This document shows, one piece after another, positions 1 to 8,741 of a DNA stretch of 24,000 nt; position 1 is the first letter of the stretch, and each line of letters starts with the position of its first letter. The DNA is from Candidatus Mycoplasma haematobovis (GTDB lineage Bacteria; Bacillota_I; Bacilli_A; Mycoplasmatales; Mycoplasmoidaceae). Both the position numbers and the translations under genes were made by a program. The stretch lies in the NCBI RefSeq assembly GCF_001645765.1, contig NZ_LWUJ01000012.1:147020-171019 (forward strand), read 5' to 3'. Under the pieces are notes generated by a model, which was not told the origin of the DNA, did no database searches, and saw only the letters and a list, made by a program, of their open reading frames with translations.

Positions 1-1106
1 ACGAGTTAATTAATAAACAAAAAACAGATTTTTCAAAAAGCTTGGTTTCTGCTTACGAAGATAACATTGGGGAACGAGTAAAGTTATTTATTACTAATAA
101 CCCTAAAAGAGAAGTTGATGAAATTGTAAACACTATTTTAGATATTAAGAAAAAAGAATTAGCTCCATATAGAAGTTTTGCGGTTCTCTTTCGTAACTGA
201 TCTTTCGGAAGAAAGTTAAGTGAAACACTTACTGATATGGGTATTCCTTTTTTCTCGGAAGACTTGAAAAATATTTGGAATAAAGAAGAAATTAAAGACG
301 CTTTGGCTTATTTGAGTCTAGCTTTTGAAGATGACATTTTAATAGCTAATAAATCATTGTTAAGGGTAATTAATAAGCCAACAAGAGGTTTTGGTCAAAA
401 GAGTTTGCAACTTTTAAAGTCAGAGGCGAATCGTATTGGTATTACTTTATTGGCTTTAATTAAGAGAAGAGCAAGAAAGGATCCTAAGTGCAGAAAACTT
501 TGAAATATCATAGGAGATATTAGGAAATTGGCAAGAAGGAAGTCAAGTTTGCATGTGAGAATGTCAAAAATTTTAAGAGCGTCTGGTTTAATGGATTATT
601 TTGAAAGGTCTGAACCTCAAAGATTAATAAATATTAATTTGTTTTTGAGTTTTATTTTTGAACTTGAAATAGGTGATTTACGAGAAGCCCTAGACAAACT
701 AAAAGAATTAACTAAATTTACTACAGATAGAGATGCAGTTTATTTGTCGACCGTTCATAGTGCTAAAGGTTTAGAGTTTGATTATGTATTTGTGATGCAT
801 ATGGAGGAGGGGAAATTGCCTTCTAAATATTCTCTAGAGAACGATAAGAAAATTGAGGAAGAAAGAAGAATAGCTTATGTAGCTTTTACAAGGACTAAGA
901 AACTGTTATTTTTATCCTCTTCTGGGGGAGAGGAAAAGATATCACGATTTCTTAAAGATATTGAACCACTTCTTTTGAAAACCATTGATTTATCAGAAGA
1001 ATATGAAGAACAGGATGATGAAGATGACGAGTCTTCAAATGAAGATAGAGGCGGTAGCCTCGAAGAGAATGATACATTATTAGATGATGTCTATGAAGAT
1101 GAATAA
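1..1106 (+). CDS. UvrD/PcrA-family SF1 helicase, paralog 1, C-terminal part (5' end outside window), acidic C-terminal tail
   Basis: The frame is open from nt 3. ORFs 237-503 and 528-1106 fuse across TGA at 198-200 and 501-503. Motif V/VI-like [15 protein letters not shown] and RRIAYVAFTRTKK are present. The product is collinear with the 4431-6505 product. Tail: EEQDDEDDESSNED...DDVYEDE. Confidence 0.9.
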
Positions 1107-1322
1107 ATGGCTAGTATGAGTAAGAAATCAAAATTATTATTAATTTAAGATTATTTGCTTATATTTTGTAGTCTTTGATATTAGTTAACTTTTCTAAAGC
1201 TATTGTATTTAAAAATATCCTTATTTTTAGTGCAAAAGGTTTTCTAAAACTTAAGGCGTTAGTCTATCACAATAAAAGATTCATTTTTTCGGATTTTTCA
1301 GTTGAAGTAAGTAAATTTTTTT

Positions 1323-4300
1323 ATGCTTTTTTGACGAAAAAAGAAAATTGAAATTCAAGAAAAACCTACTATTGTCCCTCAGGTCAAAAGGCCTGAACAG
1401 CCAATTTTAAAAAGGCTCTCACTTAAGACCGTTGAAATTCTTTCAAACTTTGATTTTCCCTTAGTAATTCTTACAGAAAAAGAAGAAATTGGCGAAAGAC
1501 TAGCACAAAGGCGTATTAGGTTATTGTCGGAAAAATTAGGTTTTAAACCGACAGAGATAATAGTGTTTTTTAGCTCTTCTTACAAAGATAAATTTTGGAA
1601 AGAGGCAACTTCATTTTGAAGGGTATTTGGTGGTTTGTGTAATAATGATTTGTCTCAAATTAATGATCCCAACAAGAGAAAAAGACTATTCACACTCGCA
1701 AATTTTGAAAAATATAAGGCTTTTATTATACTTGCACCTCTAGAAAGGGGCAATGTTCTCAACGAATTTATTTCAAGAATTAAAGGAGAACATAATAATA
1801 TTCTTTGGCTTGCTAATCAAGCAATACTGTCCCAGAGACAATTTACACTCCCAGATGGACTGTTCTCATTTTATGGTAAAGGTAAAGCACGTGAATTTAA
1901 GGATGGCACCCTCTTACATGTTGACATGTACAAAAGCGAAGTCTTAAATGGCGAAGAAAAAAGTCCCTCAAATTTTGAAACAAAAGTAACAATTGGCTTA
2001 AATAGTGTTGCATGTCAAAGTGCTCCATTTCAATTATCAGCTGAAATTGGAAAATATGTTTCAGAAGATAATTGTTTTTTATTTTCTGAAAATAATAACC
2101 TTTTAAAAGTAATAGCAGAGGAAAGAATAAATAGAATTTCGAAAAATTCTCAAAAAATAAAGATTATTACTTTTTCTCAAAATTGAAAACCTCATCCAAA
2201 TGTAACCTTAATTAATCCACGTTTCTTAAGTAACTATCAAATTGACAAAGCAAGTTTCGAATCTGTTGTTTTTTACGAAGACATTGACGACAACGTAAAA
2301 AACTGTATTGCTAAATGTTTACAGTTAAATATTAAAGTTTTTGTCGCTTTTAGACAAAAGGATTGAGATATTTTAACTATTTTTAAAGAAAATTGTCGTA
2401 GGTTTATTCTTCTTGATTTTGAATCAAAGTTTGCTGGAGATGCAAAAGTATTTTCATCTCCGCTATTGTCGGTAAATTCCACATCCGCTGAAGTCGGAGA
2501 ACTACAACTAGACGCAGAGGTTAAAAGACACGTTTTCGAAAACAACTGTCTTTTTCTCTCTAAAGATTTAAAGGTCCTAGAAAAAATAACCTCAGTAAGA
2601 GTTAACTATTTGAGTCAATTATCAAAAGAAAAATTAAATGTATTGATAATTTCTCCATTGTTTGAAAACTCTGAAATTTTCGAGCTGAAAGGAGAACTAA
2701 ACATAGTTAAACACGACTTCGAGTCCTTCGTCAAAAATTGTATTTTTAAAGATTCTAAGTTATCTTCGGGCTGGGAAGAAGAGGCAAAGAAACAATTAGA
2801 AAAATTTGATGCTTTTATCTTTCTTGAAAAGCCAAGTAGTCTTTTAAATCTTATTATTGCTACTGCTTTAAAGGTTTGTCAAAGTGTCTTGGTTCTTCTT
2901 CAAAAGCAGTCCAAGGATATTCTTGAAATTTTTAAAGAAAATTGTCGACGATTTACTTATTTAAACTTTGAGGAAGATTTTACGGGAAGTCGCAGTGTAT
3001 TTGAAAGGTCTCTTTTATCAATAGGACCCAAAATTTCTGAAACAAAAGAATTACAATTGGATCCAGAGGTCAAGAAATATATCTTTGAAGATAATTGTTT
3101 TGTATTTTCAAAAAATTGGGATGTTTTAAAGCGACTAGTTCAAGAGAGAATAGATAAAATTAAAAATGAGTTAAGCATAAGAATTGTTTCTCCTTTAAGT
3201 AACTGACAAAAAAACCCAAATATTACTTTGATAAAGCCTGAGGTTTTATTAAACAATCATTCTTTACAACAAGATACTGACTTTAATTATTTGGTCGTTT
3301 GTGAAGACGATGGCGAAAATTTATTGAAATTTATCGCCAGATGCTTAAATTCAAATATTAAAGTTTTTGTCGCTCTTAGAAGAGAATCACAATTAACCTT
3401 GTCGACCTTTAAAGTAAACTGCCAAAAATTTGTCTATTTAAATTTTGACAATGGACTTTTAGCTGAGGCAGAAATTTTTCCAAAAACTTTATCTTCGGAG
3501 ACTTCTAGGATCTTAACTGTTAATGAGCCAATTTCTATTTTTGAAGATTATGTACATCCAGAAAAAAATGTGCAAGATAAAGAAGATCCACTTTTTGATG
3601 AAATAAATCCCGAAGTTGCGGGTGGAAGTTTTGAAGTTAAGAAAAATTTAGAAAATAATCCTTCACCTACAGAAAATCAGGATGAAAAACTGTCAATTGT
3701 ACTTGATATTCAAGGAGAAGAATTTTCAGAAAAATCTTTGGAAGTTATTGAGGATTTTTCCAAACCTTTAGCAATCCTTACAGAAAATGAGGAGGTTAGT
3801 AAAAAACTAGCGTTTGAACGTATTTCCTTGATGAGAAATAAATATGGACTTTCTCCAAATCAAATAATGATTGCTTTCAGTTCTTCGTATAAGGATGATA
3901 GTTCATTAGAAGTAGACTCTTTTTGGAAAACTTGTGAAAATTTATGTGACAATGATTTGCATCAAATTTACCACGAATATCAGAGAAGGAGAATTTTTGA
4001 TAGTGTAAATTTTGAAAATAAATACAAGGCCTTTATCATTATTTCAACTTTTGATTGCAACATTGTTCTAAAGGAGTTTGTTAATAGAATTAAAGGTATT
4101 AGCAATGTTCTTTGACTTGCCTGTTATCCAGATCTTTCAGAAGAAAACTTTTTGTTAATTGATGATTTATTACCTACTTATTCAAAGTTTAAGGCAATTG
4201 AATCAAAGGATGGACAGACTATTAATATTGATTCATTTTCTAAGAAAAAACCAGAAGTCAAATCTACTTTTCTTTTTGAAGAAGCTCAGGAAGAAGATTT

Positions 4301-4424
4301 ACTTTTTGAAGATGCGGAATATGATTCATATTCAGAAGTCGATCCACTTTTTGATGATACCCAAGAGTTTAAAGAGTCAGATCCTCCTGATGACGACGAT
4401 GATATAGATGGCGGACTTTTTTAG
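1323..4424 (+). CDS. 1033-aa repeat protein made of degenerate helicase-like modules (2A'-1A'-1A'-1A'-2A') plus an acidic tail; putative pseudo-helicase
   Basis: ATG at 1323 follows an in-frame TAA at 1308-1310. ORFs 1635-2186, 2466-3206, 3228-4115 and 4152-4424 share one frame and are joined only by TGA codons. I found no TAA/TAG over 1033 codons in roughly 30% GC DNA. Internal repeats are visible at protein level. The stop at 4422-4424 lies 6 nt before the next ATG. Confidence 0.8.
1431..1820 (+). repeat. Module A1 (aa 37-166) of the repeat protein, 2A-like
   Basis: VEILSNFDFPLVILTEKEEIGERLAQRRIRLLSEKLGFKPTEIIVFFSSSYKD...KYKAFIILAPLERGNVLNEFISRIKGEHNNILWLAN is collinear with module A2. Confidence 0.75.
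2028..2426 (+). repeat. Module B1 (aa 236-368), 1A-like
   Basis: FQLSAEIGKYVSEDNCFLFSENNNLLKVIAEERINRI...KIKIITFSQNW...SVVFYEDIDDNVKNCIAKCLQLNIKVFVAFRQKDWDILTIFKENCRRFILLDFES is collinear with B2 and B3. Confidence 0.75.
2502..2975 (+). repeat. Module B2 (aa 394-551), 1A-like
   Basis: LQLDAEVKRHVFENNCLFLSKDLKVLEKI...LNVLIISPLFEN...FDAFIFLEKPSSLLNLIIATALKVCQSVLVLLQKQSKDILEIFKENCRRFTYLNFEE. The second half aligns to B1 without gaps. Confidence 0.75.
3051..3452 (+). repeat. Module B3 (aa 577-710), 1A-like
   Basis: LQLDPEVKKYIFEDNCFVFSKNWDVLKRLVQERIDKI...SIRIVSPLSNW...YLVVCEDDGENLLKFIARCLNSNIKVFVALRRESQLTLSTFKVNCQKFVYLNFDN. Confidence 0.75.
3738..4124 (+). repeat. Module A2 (aa 806-934), 2A-like
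   Basis: LEVIEDFSKPLAILTENEEVSKKLAFERISLMRNKYGLSPNQIMIAFSSSYKD...KYKAFIIISTFDCNIVLKEFVNRIKGISNVLWLAC is collinear with A1. Confidence 0.75.
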
Positions 4425-4430
4425 AAAATC

Positions 4431-6505
4431 ATGTCCTCAGATAAATCTAAAGTAATATTAAGATCTTTAAATCCACAACAAAGAGAGGCAGTAACTGCAC
4501 CCCTTAAACCGATATTAGTAGTAGCGGGTGCCGGAACAGGAAAAACGACAGTTCTGATAAAGAGATTTGAGTATCTAGTTAAAGAGAAGAATATACCTCC
4601 AGAAGAAATAATACTTGTTACTTTTACTAAGAAGGCTGCTACCGAAATAAAGAGAAGAATTTCACGTTTATTTCCGGATCCAGAGTTTTTGAAAGATGTG
4701 AGAGTCTCTACTTTCCATAAATTTTGTAGAGAAATTCTTGCCGAGGAAGGAATAAATTTTAAAGTTTGTTTTGAAACTAAAGCAATAGGATGTGTTAAAG
4801 AAGCTATTCAAAAATTAAATCTTCCGCTTAAATCTAATAGTGAATGTGCCAGACTTATTTGAAAAGTGAAGTGATTTCAAAATGTATCAGGAAAACCTGC
4901 TACTGATTGGGATTTAATAAAGGCTGGTAGGATTATTACACGTTCAAATGATGATACTATAGCAAAAAATATCCCTTTAAGGAATTTAAAAAAATTTGGG
5001 CGAAGTATGAAGATATTCTTAAGTCACAAAATTCGCTTTATTATGATGACATATTATTTAGAACTGATAAAATATTAGAGGATGAATCAAAAAGAAGTAA
5101 ATGGGATGGAAAAATAAAAGCAATTTTGTTTGATGAGTTTCAGGATATAGACCCAATACAATTTAGAATTATTTCCAAGCTTTCACAAGATAATAGGAAC
5201 ATTTTCTGTGTAGGAGACCCAGATCAAGCTATTTATGGTTTTAGAAATGCGTTACCAGAGGCTTTTCAAGACTTTAAGAATTATTTTGATGATGCTGAAA
5301 TTGTAAAACTTGAAATTAATTATCGTTCAACTGTTCAAATTCTTGATGTTGCTAATGAGTTAATAAATAAGAAAAAAAACATTTTCTCTAAGTATTTAAT
5401 TCCAGGCTCTAAAGAAAAGAATGGTGAAAAAGTAAGGCATTTTATTACTACTAATCCGGAAAGAGAAATTGAAGAAATTACCAATACTATTCTAAGCTTA
5501 CATAAGCAGAAAAAAGTTCCTTTCAAGAAATTTGCTGTTTTATTTCGTAATTGGTCTTATGGGAGAAGGGTAAATGAAGTGCTTACACAAAAAAGAATTC
5601 CTTTCTTTTCAGAGGATTTGAAGAGACTTTGAAATAGGGAAGAAATTAAAGACTCATTAGCTTATTTAAATATAGCTTTTGAGGATGATATTTACAATGC
5701 CAATAAATCCCTTCTTAGAGTAATTAACAAACCAGCTAGAGGATTCGGCGCAAAGTTTTTGGAAATTTTGACCAATGAAGCAAGAGAATTAGGAAGACCA
5801 CTAATAAAACATATTGTTTCAAAGGAAAAGGTAAATAGCGAACAGAAATGTGAGGATCTTTGCAATATCCTTAAGACTATTAGAAATATAGCCAAAGATA
5901 AAAAAAGACCGCTACACAATAGAGTTACAAGAATCTTAAGAGAGTCTGGATTAATATCTCATTTTCAAAAAGTAGACCCTTTAAGAGTCTCAAATATAAA
6001 TACCTTTTTACAATTGATTTTTGATCAAGATTTAAATGATCTTGAGCAAATTAAAGAAAGATTAAGAGAACTTACAAAATATACAGCAGATAGAGATGTT
6101 GTTTATTTAACCACTATACATGGTGCTAAAGGTTTAGAGTTTGATTACGTATTTGTAATGCATATGGACGAAGGGAAAATTCCTTCAAAGTTTACATTGT
6201 TAGAAAAGGAACCTAATGAATTCGAACAAAGAATTAATGAAGAAAGAAGATTAACTTACGTCGCTTTTACTAGAGCCAAGAAAGCATTGTTCTTATCTTC
6301 GGCTTTTGGACAGGCAATGATTTCTAGATTTGTTAAAGATGTTGAAACTAAAATATTTTCAATAGTGGATTTATTTGCTGATCCAAGCGACGATATGCTT
6401 GATGATCAGCTTTCTGAGGAAGAAATGTACTCAGATGAAGATTTACAGAGAGGTAGTGATCTTGAAGAAGCTAAAGACTTACAGGATGATGACGAAGATG
6501 GATAG
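4431..6505 (+). CDS. UvrD/PcrA-family SF1 helicase, paralog 2; full length only with a -1 shift (or one extra A) at the A6 tract 4964-4969
   Basis: All helicase motifs are present: [60 protein letters not shown]. The N-terminal part (4431-4967) is one frame ahead of the rest (ORFs 5126-5632 and 5759-6505, which fuse across TGA at 5630-5632). Acidic tail: DDMLDDQLSEEEMYSDED...DDDEDG. Confidence 0.85.
4962..4970 (+). other. Frameshift site GCA AAA AAT (A6 homopolymer; also fits an A_AAA_AAT slippery heptamer)
   Basis: Frame 0 reads ...ITRSNDDTIAKNIPLRNL and stops at TAG 5076-5078. Frame -1 reads KKYPFKEFKKIWAKYEDIL. Joining the two as TIAK-KYPF gives a gapless match to paralog 3 ([29 protein letters not shown]). 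Confidence 0.8.
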
Positions 6506-6705
6506 GAAATAAAAAATGGAAGGCAGTGTAATTGTTTTTTTAGATTTGGAACTGGATTAGTGCTCTATATTAGCTTCGGCTTTTGCAAGGATAGGATGAG
6601 GAACAGAGGGGTATTTTTCGTTATTATAAAAGGGGTGGAATAGTCTTGTTGCTCTTACTTTTAGGTTGGTCACACCATCCTATTTAGCTCTCTGGGGGGT
6701 GAGTT

Positions 6706-7311
6706 ATGATTTCAAAACTAAAACTCCCCATTTTAATTTCTCTTTTTTTTTCATTTTCAATGAGTAGCTATGTTTATTTTTCATTAAAGCGTGAACAATT
6801 AATATCTTCTGGAAAAGGAATAGGATACAGATTTGTTGACAAGTATTATCCGCCAGATAAAGCACCAGAAATCTTTAACACAATTTTTACAAATAACCAA
6901 ACAAAAATAAAAAAGTTACTGAAAATAAGTAGTGGAAAAGAATTACAAGGTTGATGTCAAAATGCTACTAAAGGAAAATGGGAATCTGACAGTGGAAAGG
7001 TGCTTATGCACGGATTAAAGTGATGCAGCTTGCCTGTTCATGTAGTTTTATTAAGAAAAAGTAATAAGTTGGATGAAACTAAGTTTGGTAAGCTTTTTCA
7101 GGATGTTGTAGATTCAAAAATTGAATTATTTGTTAAAGAACGTTTCCCCAATTTATGAGATAGCAAAGATCACTCAACACAAGAGAATAAAGCAAAACTT
7201 CTTAGGGGTGTAGTTGCAGGATTTTGTAAAGAGTCCTTAAGTGATGCTTGAACTTTTTATTATGAAAGTCAACGAAACGCTATTGATTCTTTATGTCCGG
7301 AGGGAACATAA
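6706..7311 (+). CDS. Hypothetical secreted or membrane-anchored Cys/Trp-containing protein (201 aa)
   Basis: ATG is preceded by the SD-like GGGGGTGAG. N-terminal hydrophobic segment LPILISLFFSFSMSSYVYF. ORF 6706-6954 extends across four in-frame TGA codons to TAA at 7309-7311. Confidence 0.65.
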
Positions 7312-7418
7312 GGGTTGTAAAATGATACCTCTTATTTGACTGCCTTCAAATTCTCTTTACTTTCCTTATTACCTTATTTCTATTAAACCCTAATAAATAG
7401 AGTTTGTAAGTAAAATTA

Positions 7419-7583
7419 TTAATAAAATTTTCTCTTAATAGCTGCTATCTTTCTTTTTTCTCTTAATCTTAAAGCTGGTCTTAAATAATAACTATATCTT
7501 ATCTTTCTTCTTCTTATCTCACTAAAGTGTTTCCTATACTCTTTAAGAGCTGCATCTACATCATTATTAATAACCTTAACCAT
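7419..7583 (-). CDS. rpsU: 30S ribosomal protein S21
   Basis: 54-aa product MVKVINNDVDAALKEYRKHFSEIRRRKIRYSYYLRPALRLREKRKIAAIKRKFY has the basic S21-like pattern. Its ATG overlaps the rpsT stop (TAATG). The ORF is too short for the supplied track. Confidence 0.75.
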   Translation of the reverse strand: MVKVINNDVDAALKEYRKHFSEIRRRKIRYSYYLRPALRLREKRKIAAIKRKFY

Positions 7584-7816
7584 TATGATAAATTATTTAA
7601 TTTAATAGCATATCTTGATTTAAGTCTATTACACTTATTCTTCTTAATTATTCCTTTTGCTAGTTGACTATCTAAAGTCTTATATACTTCAGAAATATCC
7701 TTTTTTTCTAATGATTGAACTACTACTCTTTTCAATTTTTTCTTACAAGAAATTCTTACAAGTCTTCTGGCTTTGTCCTTTTTTAAGGATTTAGTATTAG
7801 ATAATATATTAGGCAT
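7583..7816 (-). CDS. rpsT: 30S ribosomal protein S20
   Basis: 77-aa basic protein MPNILSNTKSLKKDKARRLVRISCKKKLKR...AKGIIKKNKCNRLKSRYA is typical of S20. Confidence 0.85.
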   Translation of the reverse strand: MPNILSNTKSLKKDKARRLVRISCKKKLKRVVVQSLEKKDISEVYKTLDSQLAKGIIKKNKCNRLKSRYAIKLNNLS

Positions 7817-7822
7817 ACTAAG

Positions 7823-8524
7823 TTGTCTCTAAATACTATTTTAATACAAAACTTACATTCCTTTCTAGTATCCATATTACCAGCTGCTGTATTAATATGG
7901 TTTATTTGGTATTTACAAAAGAAAAAGGCTGAAGAAAGTAGTAAGAGAAGAGGCTTAGGAAGAAAAGGAAAGAAAGATCATCTTTGATTAATAATTAAAG
8001 AATATTTACATTTAAATAATATTCATGGCCAAAGAATACATTCTGCTTATGCTTTTGAAAGACCAGAAAAAGAAGAATTACATGAAGAAATAAAGAAGTG
8101 TGAAATATTTAAAGCAAAGGCTATAGCAAAGAAAAATAAACAAAAGTATATTAAAGAGAAATATCCTGATAGATTTCCAATTGAAGATTATTTTGATGCT
8201 CTAGAGAAAGAAACTGCCGAATTAAATAAGCAATATATTTCTGAACTTAAACATGAATTTAAATCACATAGGAGAGAACTAATAGAGAAGAATAAGAGAG
8301 GATTTAATAAGCGTAGAAGATATGTAATTATTTATAGATTAGAGAATCCTAATAATAATGAAGTTAGTAATTGGTATGCTTTAGAGGCAGAAATATTTAG
8401 TAATTATGATGCCAATTCAAAACTTAAAGATAGAGTAGTTATTAATAAAGAAGTAGATTATGAAAAAGAATTAAGTTGATTATTGCCTCAGAAATTAGAG
8501 AAAGAAAAGTCTAAGAAAAAATAG
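7823..8524 (+). CDS. Hypothetical Lys/Glu-rich protein with N-terminal membrane anchor (about 233 aa)
   Basis: The frame is open from 7805 to TAG 8522-8524 (240 codons, two in-frame TGA). There is no in-frame ATG, so I propose TTG at 7823. TM-like SFLVSILPAAVLIWFIWYL is followed by a highly charged region. Confidence 0.5.
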
Positions 8525-8741
8525 TAATTTGATTGTCATCATTACGATTTATGAAAGCTTTGGGTTCATTTTGAATAGGGGGTGTATATTTATTAGTGCT
8601 CTTCTTTTCAGGAATTCAAGAAGCAGAAAAATTTAATATCTCACCAATTGTGTAAACTAATGCTACAGCCCCTTGAATAATTCCTAATCAAGATCCACCA
8701 CCTCTATATTTATTCTTCTCTAAGTTATTAAGTTTTTTCAT
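8511..8741 (-). CDS. Small hypothetical membrane protein (76 aa)
   Basis: MKKLNNLEKNKYRGGGSWLGIIQGAVALVYTIGEILNF... Its ATG overlaps the stop of the upstream ORF (TAATG). Two in-frame TGA codons. Confidence 0.45.

Noticed and set aside
1107-1322. Mini-ORFs in intergenic spacers (for example MASMSKKSKLLLI at 1107 and MEGSVIVFLDLELD at 6526)
   Set aside because: They are 13-14 codons long with no SD sequence or conservation evidence. They cannot be distinguished from chance.
1753-1947. Track ORFs 1753-1947 (+), 2273-2545 (-) and 4159-4407 (+) inside the repeat-protein gene
   Set aside because: They lie in alternative or antisense frames of a much longer ORF whose frame shows clear repeat and motif structure. 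Their sequences are low-complexity with no motifs. They are most likely shadow ORFs typical of AT-rich DNA.
4988-4994. The A7 tract at 4988-4994 as the frameshift site of helicase 2
   Set aside because: Alignment to paralog 3 shows the new frame is already correct upstream of this tract (KYPFKEF precedes it). The shift must therefore occur at the A6 tract 4964-4969. The A7 tract encodes KK in the correct frame.
5335-5919. Antisense ORFs 5335-5526 (-) and 5692-5919 (-) within helicase paralog 2; likewise 15336-15521 (+) within paralog 3, 9984-10169 (+) within dnaG and 22379-22561 (-) within the surface-protein gene
   Set aside because: Each lies opposite a strongly supported coding frame with conserved motifs. 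None has a recognisable domain.
6585-6705. Relatively G-rich leader upstream of ORF 6706, with ATAGGATG (6591-6598) complementary to CATCCTAT (6676-6683) and an AAAAGGGGTGGAATAG stretch faintly like a T-box core; possible riboswitch or sRNA
   Set aside because: An 8-bp complement within about 200 nt is not improbable by chance. The downstream gene is not an aaRS or transporter. I could not match any riboswitch consensus (T-box, purine, TPP, SRP RNA, RNase P, tmRNA). It is only worth a cmscan.
7309-7392. AGGGTT (about 7311) ... AACCCT (about 7386) inverted repeat between the convergent ORF 6706-7311 and rpsU as a terminator
   Set aside because: The arms are only 6 bp and about 70 nt apart, with no T-tract. 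That is too weak to call.
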